A DNA stretch of 64,000 nucleotides from Somniosus microcephalus. Taxonomy: Eukaryota. How positions within the stretch are numbered: the stretch's first letter is position 1; each line of letters starts with the position of its first letter. The position numbers and the translations under genes are program-made. The stretch spans positions 46,562,001-46,626,000 of the forward strand of contig CM126212.1 of the NCBI GenBank assembly GCA_052327205.1, in the 5' to 3' direction. The notes under the pieces were generated by a model. That model did no database searches. It was not told where the DNA came from and was given only the letters and a program-made list of their open reading frames with translations. Below, piece after piece: positions 25,484-40,400 of the stretch.

Positions 25484-28400
25484 GTAAAATAAATGTGTCC
25501 TTAAATATTTTGATGTATACCAATTGAGCTAATATTTTTAGTACTAAATTTTTGGAGGGTGGAGGTAATATGAAACTTCCTATAAGTTGATCAGAATTTA
25601 AACTTATGTAATTAAGAAAGCGTACTTATGCTCCTAAGACTGGAGTTGTAATATACAAAAATGTTCACATGATTCAAGGAAAGATCCACTTGCTCCTACA
25701 GCTGGCTGTATTGGATTACTTGAGTGCAGTGCATAGAAGAAAATTGGATGGAAAAGGATGTACGGCATGAGTGAATTTGCCCGATGTTCTGTCCATTCAT
25801 TTAAATGGATGGAAAAGTGGACAAGTTCCTTGTGCAACCCTCGCCACTTGATTTTTCAATCCAGTATGCCCAGGAATAGGAAAACCTGCCTCTCCTCTCC
25901 CTTGATCTCATTGTTCAGCTCCTTCTAATTTCTATGATTCTATAGGAGAGCAGGATTGGACTATGTCACTCGTGAAGAAACGCCAGCACCTAAGCATCAT
26001 TGCCAGAGCGGCTCGAGCATTCAATGATTCAAATCTTTATAGAATGGATCATGCAAAAATTAGAAGGAATGCAACATGGAACCAGCCCAGTACAGTAGAT
26101 GTAGTAATTTCATTGATGTACTGCCATATACTTTCCAATAAAATGCCTGGTCAAAACGTTTGCAAAAATGACAAATTAAGCTTTTGTACTAGAAAGTTGA
26201 AGAATAATAATAAAGGATAATAACGGGGGAAAAAAATAAATATTTCAGATTAACGCTTTGTCATACCAAGAGACATAACCAGTGGGATGGTTTTAAATCC
26301 TAGTTGGTGAACAACGTGGGAATAGTAAGTTTACTAATTATGCAACCCCTGGAGTACATAGAGCATAACAGCTCACTTCAAGATTTAGATCTCTTGGGAT
26401 TAACACATTTTAAACCTCTAGCGTTATGTAAACATGTTTAAGAAAGATGGAAAGAGAAGAAAAGAAGCTTAGTACAGATGATTATGATTTATAATGGAAG
26501 TAAAATAGTCTCTGGAATGGGACTTGAACCCACAACCCCCTGACTCAAAGGCGAGAGTGCTACCACTGAGCCATGGCTGGCACCTAAGCATCATTGCCAG
26601 AGTGGCCTGGCAGGGCAAGAAAGACTACTTGGGGATCCATGTTAGTAAAGACTTTGATATTCTTTAAAAAAAAAGTGATAATTTTCTCTTAAAAAAGGTG
26701 AAGCACTTGGAACAAAAGTGCTCCCCTTAGACTTTCCCCTTCAAGAAAGCGTACAAGTTTCTTGTTGCACAATGTGACGGTTGCATTAACATTAATTATT
26801 TTAATTTATAGGTGTTTCTTCAAGACCTTGTGAGAAATTTGTATGATGAGGGAAATGATAAGTTCAGAGAACGCAATTGGGCTGATGCTTTGAATCAATA
26901 TACTGAGGCCTTAAATGTGGCTGATTATGCATCTGAAGAAATCAGTATTGTAAATGGAGTAATAGAGAAGCTTTATGCAAATCGTGCCGCCTGCTACTTG
27001 AATATGGTAAGATCAAAAAACTTTGCAACATAGGTCGAATGCTTGCTGAGAAACTTGCTTTCTAATTGTTTCATATGAAGTGTAATGGCAAGAATTAAGA
27101 CTTAATCACCCTTTATGACGATGGCAATGTCATATAATTTTGCTTCAAAAATATCTGGGTTTAAAGATGGATGTCTTTTTTTGGGTGCACACTGTTTGAC
27201 ATTGGTGGTATCACAACTGATGCTAGTCCTGTTCTCACCTGTCCATGCATGCACGTTTCCAACAGAGATCACTGGATAATGTTTTTTGGCCCCACTTTAT
27301 TTACCCCATAAAGTTCTTGAACTCTAAAGCTAATTGCGGCAGTCATAAGAAATAGGAGCAGGAATAGGCCACTCAGCCCCTCGAGCCTGCTCCGCAAAAG
27401 TCATCCTCCTTTTTACATAGTGTTTCTATTCTGTGTTGCTCTCTTGTTATTTCAGGGTCTCTATAATCAGGTATTAGATGATTGTGACAAAGCTTTACAG
27501 TTGAATCATAATAACTACAGAGCACTCTATCGAAAAGGAAAATCCCTGAAAGAATTAGGAAGGCATAAAGAAGCCTACGATGTTGTTGCGAAGTGTTCAC
27601 TAGCTGTGCCACAGGTAAGAGAAATGGCAGTTATATCTCTGCTGCTGTTTGAATCTAAGCAATGTTTCTGTTCCCTTTTCCCCAAACTGCAGAATACTAG
27701 AAAAGCTAGTGGGCCAAAAAGTAACCAAAACCATTTTTTATTATTAATTCTGAACATCTGTGTTGGCTGAATGAAGGTCGCGACTTGCAGTCTTGCCCTT
27801 CAGCGGGTATCTGTCTAATCTTTGTTGCCTAGTACAGTATTAGTGGACATCTTTTAATTGTACAACAGAATAGTTTTTAAAGGCAAATATAAAAATGTGT
27901 TAAAATTGTATTTCAGGATGATGTTGTAATAAAATTAACCCAGGAGCTGGCTCAGAAATTAGGATTAAGAATTCGGAAAGCTTATGTTAGAGCTCAGGTG
28001 AGTACATTCTACGCTATGAGCTAATATTGTTCTTGAATCAAATTTTCATTTGAAACCTTTGTACTCTTGGAATAGTTAGTTGAATGTTTGTCATTCTCTT
28101 GCCAGCCTCCTTTGAATCCAGTAGTTGCTGTCAGTTCTGTTACTTCTGCTGAATCTTCTAATCAAGTAAGGACATTCTTGTTGGCATGTCTATATATACT
28201 CTATTGTGTTTGTTCAATACACGTGAGGTATTATCAAGTTTTGGCTGTTGCTGCTCCATTACAATTTAAAATTGACTTACACTAGTGATTTTATTTGCTC
28301 CTATAGGGGATTTAAAATAGCCATGCAGGAGTGTGTGACAAGAATAGATTTTGGTGTCTTACTTTATTTGTAACACCAAGAAAATATTTTTGTTTTAGTA

Positions 28401-31400
28401 GGCAGTAAAAGATTATTCCTTCATAAATAGCAGGCAAATAAAACTTTTCCTTGGTGATTTGGAAGAAAATCTCCGATAATTTAGAAGTGTTAGCTTCTTA
28501 CTGTGACAAGTGCTGCATTGGTAATGAATGTAAACACAAATTGCAGAGCTTCTCATCTAAATCCAATAGGTCTACCACTCTTAATCAGGACATTTTTGAT
28601 ACACAAATATCGTGAAATTTATGATAAATATTTAAATTCATGCCTCCTAAAAGCGTGTGTCAGTAAAATTAATGTTAAGAACATAAATAGGAGCAGGAGT
28701 AGGCCATTCGGCTCTTCAAACCTGACTGCTGTTCTACCTCAACTCCACCTTCCCGCACTAGCCCCATATCCCTTGGTTTCCTTAGTATCCAAAAATGCTC
28801 ATGGCCTCAGGGTTGCCTAAAATGTTCTTGTATTTCCTGATTTTTAAGTGTTTTGTAGTAGCTTGCCTATAATGTCTGATGCAGCACTTGCTAAAAATTG
28901 TGTTTTCCCTGGGTTTTGCACTAGAGATGAGAAAAGAATCACAAAATAATGGATTTAATGAGTGTCACCATACTATGGAGGTTCACGAAATAGTAGGATG
29001 CAGGTTCTTGCCCAGAATTCCCCCCCCCCCCCCCCCCCAGGGTTTCGGATTTTATTCATGCTATTGTAAGTACTGAGTACTTTCTTGCGTTGAGAGGGAA
29101 AATCAGATGAAAACTAACACCAGGTCCTAGCATCTGGTATAGAGCAACATTGGTAAATGCCTGACACCAGGTTGCCCCCCTGTCCTGCTAGTCAGGGAGA
29201 ATGGAGAGATGATAAAACTGAGAAAATGAAATCTACGAAAATAAAGTAGATTAATCAATTGGGCCTGAGAAAATTAATTGAAGTGGTCAATTTTTGTGCC
29301 GTTTTAATGGATTTGGAAGCATTGCGCCTTTTAAAAAGATTGTAACGTCTTTCATTGAAAGGAGGAGGGGAATTTGAAGACTGAGTTAACTACACTGCTC
29401 TGTCACACCTCCTACCAACTGACTGAGGTGCCATAGACAGATCTGTAACCTGTCCCTGCTCTTGCCACCTGTTCAGAGGATAGTTTGTGACACAGCAAGA
29501 TCCAAGAAAGGAGGAAATAATAAGAATGGGAACAAAATAGTAGATGCAAAAGTATTGTTTTTGACCATCATGCAGTCTGTTAAGATGTTGGTTATCGCTG
29601 TAAAAAGCTACAGAACTCGTGCTTCCTGCTTACAACCATCAGATAGCAGACTTTTGTCCTGATAACTGTTGACAATACAATTTTGAAATAATAAACTTGA
29701 ACTGATGCTAGGGACTGGAGATTTAAGGAGTTACCTGAAATATATATGTTGTCTGAGCCCATAAGGTGCCCTTTTAATATGTGAGTAAGTTTAGTAATCA
29801 TTATTATAAAAAAACATTTTTATCTAATTTGTTTTTCTCCAAAGCCCACCAATGGTTTGGATTCTGTTGAAGATATTGAAATAGGTAAAGTGAACTTAAT
29901 TTTATCATCTTGTTTTTCATTCTTGCAGCTAATCTGCAGAGGTCTGGGAACTGTTATTTGACTGCTTTCCCAGTGACGAGAGGTGCATGTTTTAAGGAAA
30001 TCAGATAAAACTGTCCCCTGAAATTGAATAACATGCATAAGCTGGCAAAGAATGATGGCTAAAATTTAGTAGTAATGCTTTTTGAAATGTTTTCCCTTTG
30101 ATGCAACAAAAACTTGGGGATCTTTCGTGAGATTAAATCTTGGTTAATAACAGCTTTTTCTCTGAGAGGTAAGAATTGTCAATTTGACCTTATCATCCCT
30201 TTTTGTTGTAGATTTCCCAGGATTAAGTCTGGAACCTTCTGTTTCTGCATCTGTCTCTTCAGATGAAATCCCTCAAGCAGCATGTGAATCAGTCCCAATT
30301 CCAGTTGTTTCTAATTCTACATCACCCACTGTGCAACTGTCCGAGAAAACCAACCTTCCTGCTGCCGCACTAGTGAATGGAGGAGGGGTACCTTATTCAG
30401 TGCCCGAGTCACGTTTAGACTTTACTGATGGAGATGAAATAGGAGAAGATCTGGATGAGTTGCTAGATTCTATGTCTACAGTGGAAGAAACTTCTCTGGT
30501 AAAACAGAACTCTGAGCTCCTCATAACATATTGTGTCTCATTAAAAAATAGCGCTTGAGAATATTCAATGTTTGGCAAACTGTCATTGCTGTAACTGCCT
30601 GTCAGTCATAATTTGTAACTACTGGAGGTATGCAGAACTGTGCAAGTATATGATTGGTCCAATGAACAAGTAAATGGTTTTCGGCTGCCACCAACTCCTG
30701 TTTAGTCCTGTGAAGCATTTTAGAACCAGAAAATATGTGGAAACCACCAAGCAGCATTTTGGTTAGAAGAGCATATTACTACAGGAGGGCTCCCCGGTTT
30801 TAATTTGTTGTGTGCATGGGGAGGCATTAATTGGCCTCAGCACCCCTGGGCTGTGGAGAGCTAAATTGGCTAAGGTTCTTCTGTTTGCTATCCAGTGACT
30901 GGAAATGTGCATGTGTGGTTATTATTTAAGGACATGTTTGGACTTGGTGTGACATGCCTGTGGTCAAAAAAGTCTGCTAACAAACCGTCATGCACGTGAA
31001 GAATGGCTGTTTGGCTAGAGGTTCCAGAGGGCTGCCAGATCCCAAGCAAGCATACCACAGCACAATTTATCATCATCTGGAGATGAGGGGGAAGAAGAAC
31101 GTTTCCACAGTTTTCCACAATCTATAGTTGCTTCAGCTGCCAGTTTCTGGTTTTAATTTTAATTTTTTAAATTTCTTTCCTAAACACTCTAGGCTTGGAG
31201 TTTCCCCTGTGGGTGCAACCCAGAATTTAGACCTGAAAATGCACCCAATGCAACACTCAATTTGTCGCTGTCAAGTTGCGCCCAAGAATCCGCCAAATCT
31301 CATTAAAATAGGCCAGAACTTAAAATGAGCGTATAGCAACATAAACAATCAGGGCCCAAGGAAAGCGCCGAACCCACACCATATATTTCTTCTTTATGCA

Positions 31401-34400
31401 TTAAAAAAAATCATTTAACCATCCATGTGCATCAGACACAGCGGGCTGGATATTCCGATCCCTACGGGTGGGTACGCGCTGTGTACCCTCCCGTAGGGAC
31501 ATCGGAAATGCTGGTTTCAGGCATGCACAGTGCATGTGCTGAAAACCGGCATTTCTGATCTGTCAAGAATCCTCTTGACCGATCCTTCGGCTGCCCTGGA
31601 GAAGGGCCTCTGCGGGCGGATAGTTCCACTTTTTGGAGACCCTCCGCCCGCAGAAAACCCTTACAATTCTTACGCCTGGTAAAAGAGTAAAAAAAAAAGT
31701 TTAAAAAAAAAAAAATTAATTTTCACTGATTTATCATTTAAAAATACTTTTAAAAAGTGTTTATTTTTAGCCCCGTAAAATACTTAAATTTAATTTTTTG
31801 AAAATTTTTTTTGTTTAAAATACTTAATTTATTGTAATTTCAAGTCATTTTAAAAATGATTTAATTTTTTTTTAAAGTTTTACTATTTTTTCATTGATCT
31901 CCATTCATATATTTGACAGGTCTTCCTGTCAAATGTATGAAGGGAGATTCCTTTCTGTGATTGGCTCCCCATGGCCCACGTGATCCCATGGACGCTACGA
32001 ACTACCTGCGCCTCTGGGATACGTGGGCCCTGCGCACCTGGAGTTTGGTGAGGCCCAGCATCGGAACTGTGCATGTCCTGGGAGTCCTCAGGTAAGGGCG
32101 TCGATTTTTCCAGATTGCAGGCCTCTGCCCGCGGGAGGCCTGCGATCGGAAAATACGGGCCAGCATGTTTAGGAACCTGCAATCGGAACCTTTTCAATTT
32201 TTAATATGACACAAAAATGCATTAAAAGAAACGAAATACAGGTTCAGGTCTCAAGTGAAAATTTTTATTAAAAAAAAAAAAAAATTGCAATAACGCACCA
32301 GAAGAATTACTTTCTTTCCTGCTGCGCATGAAAATCTGGTCACAATGTGAAGAGACGCTCCAAATAAGCGCAATTGGGCAATATTCGCACCTGAGAGCTG
32401 GGGGTGGGCTAAATTTGTGGGCGGTGATCTTGATGAGCGGCTGTAAAAGACAAAGGACTCTTGGGCATATTGTGTAACTCACTTACGCCCAAAATTACGC
32501 AATCTTTTAAGCCACGTAATTGGTTTGCACCCAAATCACCCGTGTCTCTGGGAGCAAATGCAGATTACACGTGTCTCTGGGCTCGATGCAGAGGAAACTC
32601 CAGGCATCAATGTCCAAAGCCAGATTAATTTGTAGCAACTACCATATTGAACTCTTGGTAAAAGATTCATTAACATTTTTGCAATTGAAGATGCAATTTT
32701 ACAGATGTCCTAATGGAGCCACTGTATTTTTTTCTAGTGCTGCAGACCTGATGAGCGATTTGAATATCAGTGAAATCAAGTTATGTTACAGTACACTGGT
32801 ACTTGGAATTGGAATATTTTCATCTTGTCAGTTACATTTTCCAGTCTCATTTTCACACTTTTTATTTTATTGATTTTTCAACAAAAAATCATAGCCAAGA
32901 TGATAAATTAAATTACTGGCTGCTTGCAAACAAAACTTTTGTCTTGATACAAGAGCTTTCCTCCCCGCCCCGAATAGTTGTCTTAATAGATGGTGGTTGA
33001 GAAGACTGGTTATTTAGAAAATTCTTCACAGTTCCTTGTAGCCATCTCTCTAAAGGCAAACTTACAAAACTGCTCTTTTGCAGTATACCAGTAGATACAG
33101 GTGGCAATATTGTGAGAAAAACACACCAGATACCATGATCTGGCATACAGTGATTTTCAAACTTCACTAATGTGGATATACCAAGAGTATCTAGCATAGT
33201 TATGTTGGTAAAATGAAGATTGAAAGCCATGTGAAATTGTAGAGGATTCAATTTGTGTGAAATTAGTAATGTTTGTTTTGCACAATGAAGAAAGTTGGGT
33301 GCTGTACATTCTATGTAATAATTTATAATGGCAATATTTTAGGACCTTTTAGATATAGTTTGATTTAATCCACCTGTTTCTACTTTCTTATCTGGGTCTG
33401 TTCCATTATTAAGAGTACAGAGTCTGATATCACTGTAGGCTACAAACTGGTTGGTCAAGCTTGATTTGGGTAGTAATTACTTTTTAAATTGGGGAGCGGG
33501 GGGAGAATTGTGTGGTGTACTCAGAAATACATTTAGTTGTCAGACGCCAATGAATTTATAATACATAGTGTTAATTTGGCTCAGTTGATGGTATGTTTAC
33601 CTCCTGAGTCGGAAGATTGTGGGTTCAAGTCAGGCAATCGACTTAAACATATAAACTAGGCTGACACTTCAGTGCAGTACTGATGGAGTGCCGCATTATT
33701 GGAGGCACAGTTATTTGGATGAAATATTGAACTAAGGCCTAGTCTGCTTGCTCAAGTGGATATAAAAGATCCCATCACATTATTTGAAGAAGAGTAGGAA
33801 ATTCTCCTGGTGTTCTGGCCAACATTCATCCCACAACCAACACCACCGAAAAAATCCCCCAGATTTTCTGGTCATTCATTTGCTGTTTTTGGGCACTTGC
33901 TGTGCATAAATTGGTTGTGACATTTGCACAAATAACAATAGTGACTACATTTCAAAAATAACCCATTGATTGTGAAGTGCTTTGGGATGCCCTAAGGACA
34001 TACACAAAGCACTATATAAATGCAAGTTCTTTCTTTAACTACTTTTTTGAGTTTTGTGAATTGTTTGTGCCACGACTAAACTGATTTGTTTTACTCTTAT
34101 TGCAGAATCCCATGAATCTTAAAGGAAGCATTTCTTCTAGCTTGCCAGCCAATATGCCTTCCAGTATTGCTTGTCCTAGTTCTGTCTTAGTGCCACCACT
34201 CCAAGTTACAAGTAATAGTGTTCCTTCGGTGACTCTACCATCAGTGTATTCATTATCTATGAATATGCTACCATATGACACTTTTGGTCCCAGAATGGAT
34301 TCTTTAGATTCTCTACCAATTATGGAATCTCAGAGAGGTAAGAACTGTTCATCAAGTACACAGCCAAATTTGTCAAATCTTAGGCTATTGGCTTCCATGT

Positions 34401-37400
34401 TCTTTGTTTCAATATTTAATACAAATTGTTGTCCCCGTTCATTGGAAACATTTTTCTGCCCTGTTGGGTTTCCTATAGACTTCAGATAAGTGACCTGCTG
34501 CTCATGCGTTTCTGCTACTGCTGTTTTGCCTCGGGAGGCTTAAAATGTATTCCTTGCTCCCTCACCGTTGGGAACTTCTCACTATTGAGAACATTCTCTT
34601 TAGATCATCCCATCAAGATCAGGAACTTACCAAGTGGTGACAATTTTACATAGTCTATTTTTGTCACAGGACTCTAGTTTGTTATGATAGTAATAGAGCC
34701 AACCTTTTGGAACGGGGGGTGGGGGCAGAGGGCAGACGTGTGGCAAAACAAGTAAGCAGCCCTTCTATGATTAGACAATAACGTGAAATCCTACACACGA
34801 AAGTGCAAGACCCCTCCCCCTCCATACATACAAAAAGCAAGCCCCACAAAATTGAATGCCCCATACACGCAAAGCCCCCCCCCCCCCCACCAAAATACAC
34901 AAAAAAGTAACACCCGTCACCCATCCTCCTTTTTGCTCCTCATTCTCCCCTCCTCTGTAGCCTAAAACTTGGAAGCTTCAACTGTTAAGTTCCTGAGCCT
35001 GGAGTTCAGCGAAAGGTTGCTTCATGATTGGTGGATTTTAACTAGTTGGGGAGTTACCTTTTCTAGTCCTCCAGCTCTGGGAACTTTCAAAAGCTGAAGT
35101 CCAGAGCTGTTGAAGTAGGGTTTGCACACAAGCTCAAAGAAGACCTGAGTCAGCAGGAGTTTTGCAGGCCATATTTGGCCCCAGCCCACCTCTTGGATAC
35201 CCCTGTGATAGAGGATATCTGGATTGCAGCTTAACTATATGTGTACCTAAGACATTTATTATATGTGTAAATTAATGTAATTTTAAACAAAAAGAAATGG
35301 TTAGGGTCTACTAAAAGTGTCTAACTTGTTGAAAGAGAAGGAACTCTTGGGGACTACTTTTTGTTAGAAGAAAGCGTCAATCTTAGGAAGTTCCTTGATG
35401 TCATTTTCTCAATGGAGTAGCTCTATTATAAAGAGCAGAAGGGGTGACTTCCGACTGGCCTAAGGGCTGTTCTGGAATGAACCAACCGTGGAAAATTTAC
35501 ACTTCCAGCCTGAAGTGTGGTTTCCTGAGTTTGGTCGTCTTCAGAGCAACCTTTCAGCTGGCCTGAAGTCACACTGCCTGCTATTTATAGTGGAGCCGCT
35601 TAGGGATGTTCCCTGTAATTGGCATCACTGGAGCAGCTTGGCAGAGAGGGATGCCCTGCTTTAAGGTCTCCATGTCTTTTAAGAAAAAATAATTTATTAA
35701 AAACGGATCAAGGAAATTCTTGGTAAGATTTAATTTTTTTCTCCATAAAAAGAGGGAATATTTGGAACAAAAGGTATCCCCATATGCTTTTCTGCCCCCT
35801 TTAAGCTTATATTATATTTGTTGAGATTAAGTATAAATACTCTTTAAATAAGCGGTTGAAGATAGTCATTTGTTGTACTGGATAGTAAATTAACTTTGTT
35901 TTATTGATGCTTCTGTACACTGCTGAGATCAGCACTTGGGTGCAGGTACAGCATTGGCTGTAAGGAAGACTGAACATTTTAATATATCAGTATATTCACG
36001 TGTTATCGTACTTTTCTCTTTGGAAGCGAAACCTCCAGGTCTCGGAGTTGGTGCTGGAGTACAAGGACATAGTACCAGCACTTATCTAACTGTGAGTAAA
36101 TTTGTAATTTGCACTACTTTTAAAAGGCATATGGTAACACATGTTAAGGTTTAATAGTTTAGATAGTGCAAAGGATCAACTAAACATCATGTTCTATTTT
36201 TAAAACTATTATAATGGAAATTCAGTTGGTGAGTCAGGGAGGGAGAGGAAAAGAGAACTGAAAATAATTTAATTGATGGATCCTAGCCTAATAACGATAT
36301 TTTACTCTTACCTGTCAAAACTTTCATGTCTGTCTGTAATGACCATCTTGTTTCTTTTTATTCCTGATTAAGTATATGCAATTCTTGTGTTTTTCTGCAG
36401 TGATTATCTCACCAATTAAATTGGCACAAAACTTTTCTGATTGATAAAACGCAAAAGAATTATTGCTAATTATATTATAGCAGAAACAAGTTCTTTGATA
36501 CAGTTGCCATGGCAGCCCCCATCCACCCCTAAAAATAAAAGTGATTACAGCATAAACACAAGAAGTTAAAGCTGGAGTTCCTTGAATGAGTGAGTAGAAC
36601 ATTTCAAATTAAATTGGAACTTAAAAAGAGGCACGTGACAAATCTAGGTCTAATAACAAGAAAATCAAGTGGAATATAGAAAATGTAGAGGGGAAGCAAA
36701 AAAAATTTAAAAAGGCTAAGTGAAGGTGTAAAGAGACTGGCAGGTCACATGAAGGGAAATAGTAAAACATTTTACACAAAATTTGTAGACAACACAAAAA
36801 TAGTGGTTAACTGAAGGTCTGACTTCAGGAGGATATAGCCAGATCTAGACCCATCTTTTGTTTCTTTACTTGTCCCATTACCATCTCCTTTTGCTTTGCA
36901 CAATCCTACTTTTTGTCATTTAATCTTTCCTGCCTTCCACCCTCGCTCAGACCTTCCGCCCTCTCGCGGACCTTCCGCCCTCGCACGGACCTTCCCTTTT
37001 GTTCTTTCCTCCCCTCCCCTCCCCCCTCCTTTCCCTGCCCCTGCACTTGCTTAAAACCTGCTATATCTCTAACTTTTTCCAGTTCTGATGAAAGGTCATT
37101 GACCTGAAACATTAAATCTGTTTCTCTCTCCATAAATGCTGCCTGACCTGCTGAGTATTTCCAGCATTTTCTGTTTTTATTTTTAGAATATTGTGTCCAG
37201 TTTTGAGTGTCCTACTTAAGATGGACGTCAAGGCCACAGAAAGGGTGCAGAAGAGATTCACTTAGATGATACCAGGGTTGAGACTTTAGTTATGAGGCGA
37301 GAGTAAATAAACTTGCCTTTTTTCATTGGTGCAGAGACCAGATATAATGAAGGGTTTTGATGAAGTCAATAGGAAGACACTATTGCCACTGGTTTGTGAG

Positions 37401-40400
37401 TTGGTAACTGGAGGCCATAAATTTAAGATTATCTCCCCAGAAAAAAGAAGGGAGAGATTTGGTGAAATTATTTTTATGCAGACGATTGTTAGGAGATGGA
37501 ATATACCACCAGTGGTTGCAGAATCCATAATAGTTCTTAACATATTTGAAAAATAAATACATTAAAAGGATATGGAGCATGGGCAGGGGAATGGGACTAA
37601 ATAGATAGCTCTTCAAAGAGCCAGCCCAGGCACAATGGGCCAAATTGCTACTTTCTGTGCTGCAAAATTCTGTGATTCTAGGAACAACCTTGAGGCGTCC
37701 TGAGGACGTGAAAGGCGCTATATAAAATGTTTTTTCTTTGCAGCTTCAAGTCTGCCTCCCCATCTCTGTGGTAGGTGACAGGAAAAAAAACAGTGTGAGA
37801 CATGCAAGAAAAAAGGAGACAGACATGCAGAGAAGGGAAGCGAAAGTGTGTGAGAGGCATGCAAAGTGCTAGAAAGAGAGAGAAACATGTATGTGCACAC
37901 ATTCGAGAGGAGAACATGCAGAAGAGAGGAGATAGACAAGGAAAGACTTGCACAAAAGGAGAGACTGAGAAACAAAGTGACAACAGTAGAAATTGTGAGA
38001 GACATACAGTAAAAAAAGATGAAAAGGAAGAGTTACAGGAAAAGGGTGAAGCTTTTTAAAATTGTATCTATGAGCAATGCCATAGAAGATGATCTAGTTC
38101 TTTTTTTAAATACAGATTTTCTTGGTTTTGTACTTGCGTTGTTGTAGTGCCTTTCACAAATTGCTTCAATTTTATTTATTCATTAGATCTCCTATTGTGT
38201 TGCTCACAGTAAGTCCAGTGAGCCCTTGATCTCTCACTCCGGGAGATGGGTCGGGACAGAGCGGGAACTGACTCGGCAAATATTCTAACCATTCAAACCA
38301 CTTGCAAAACTTAGTGCCACTGAAAGCAGTGACGATTGAACAGGGTCAAGATGGGGCAGCTAAGGAAATGAGCAGGAAAAATTTTAAATGGCCAGGATGA
38401 CCGACAGAAAGTGGAAGACTAGAGTCATGGCAGCGCTGGTTGGGACAGCAGAGGCACCTGGTAGCAAAATTTGAAATGGTTGATGCAGTTGAAAAAGCAT
38501 GGAGGATGAGATTGGCAGTGGGAGGGGGGCGGGAAAATTAAATGGCCTGTATGGCTGAAGGACAAGTGTGGGAAGCAAGGGTGGAATGTGTCTCGAGTCG
38601 AGGAGCAAATGGGTGGGAAGAGGAGCAGGGAGCGGGGGTGATAGTGGAGGATGTGACAAGGCGGCCAAGAAAGGTATGAATCGGGTTAGGGACAGACCAG
38701 CTAGGCGATGGAGGGAAGAGGTGAAGCAGTGCCATAACTGGCCTCAACATTTCCTGGTCAGAGAGGAGAAAAATGACTGGGGTTCCTGTTATCTGATGAC
38801 CTATGAAGCAAGAGCGTGCCTGTGATCATCGGATGAGGATGGGATTAGGCTTGATTATGATGCCCCTACAGTGGAATAGCTTACTGACACTCCGATAAGG
38901 CACCGGAGGGCATCCAGTGCTTGTGGAACTGTACCCCAGCAAGGAATCAATACCTTTGGGAAAGTAGAGGGGGGTGTCATCAGAAAAGAGCGAGAGCAAA
39001 ATAAAAGTGTTGCACCCTATGAGAAAAAGCCAAATAAGCATTTGTTCACACTGCTTTTGGATTCTGACTTTCCCTCAGGGATGAGTTTGCCAGCCTTGAT
39101 CTGGCTTTTTAAGTGATAGGCTAAATAATTAACACAATTAGTGGTGCCCACAAAATGTCCAGAAGTGGATAGCCCAAATTCCCCTCCCCTCCCTCAAGCA
39201 AGAGAAGGCATTGTTTTCTGTGTGTGTTCTTCAAAAGAGGGAAGCATAACCGTACCATATATTGGTGATAGTGCTGCAGATATCCTTTGTTTTTCTTGCT
39301 TGATAATATTTATCCTATATTTCCTTTTTTTTCCCCCCAAATGAACACTTACTTTGCTAAATAAAGAACAGGATAAAAGTAATCCAACTTTTCATTTATT
39401 TTAAGTCGAAAGTAGAACAGAATTTTCTAGTATTACTGATACAAATTGTTTGATGAAACATATGAAACTTTTATTGGTGTGTAGTGCATTTTCCAATAAT
39501 TTCCAGATAAATAATTATTACTACATTACTTTGATTCAACAGAGTGCAAATATCATGCAACGTGTTCGCCTCAGCAACATTTATGTAATGTTAATTTAAA
39601 TTGATGTACATTTTGTATTACCACCATATTTTTCTTTGCCCTTAAACATTTTGTACATGTTCTAAGTAAATGGGGAGAGGAAGAAGCTTAAGACCACTAC
39701 ATATGTTTTAAAAATGAACAGGCCGTTCATTTTTGGCGAAAGGTCATGGATTGATTCATGGTAAATTAAAATTTAGTGTATATTGTACTGAAATTTGAAA
39801 TCCTGAACTTTTTAGGTAAACTAAAACAAAGATCATTTATCAGTTCTATCAACAGCCAACTCATTACATGTCGTTTATGATACTCTGACACTATGTAAAA
39901 AGCCTTTAAATGGGATTATTCCTGTTGGACAGAGTAATGAATAATTAGACTTGAGTTGTAGCAGAAAGTTTGTTTCTATTTAATGATTTATTTATGCAAA
40001 TTATATCTAATTAGTATATCTCTAAAATGATTATACTGATATTCTTTGAGATAGGACTTCTAATTTTTGAGTTACTGATTTTTTAATGAAATAATTTGGA
40101 ATACAAATCAAGTCTAATTATCATAATTCACAAGCTGTTTTAATTTTTTGGTTTTTTTTAAAACTCGGAGGAAGACTTGCTTTGTTTTTTAGTTTATAAT
40201 TTAAAAAGAATACAACAATGCATCTCATCCGGCTGCCTAAGATCCCCCACACTGGCAAAGTAAAATGTATCGCACACTCCAAGGTTAAAAATTCAGAAAC
40301 TGATTATTAATGGTACTATGATGATTTTCTGCTGTGCAATTTTCAGTGCATATGTAAGAAAATACTTAGTAAACATTTTCTGTATTTATTTTCCTACAGC

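Noticed and set aside
26510-26579. Possible tRNA gene
   Set aside because: A and B boxes present but no complete cloverleaf; matches the SINE head at 33577
37760-38059. Lys/Glu/Arg-rich ORF
   Set aside because: Purine-rich low-complexity sequence with no splice support
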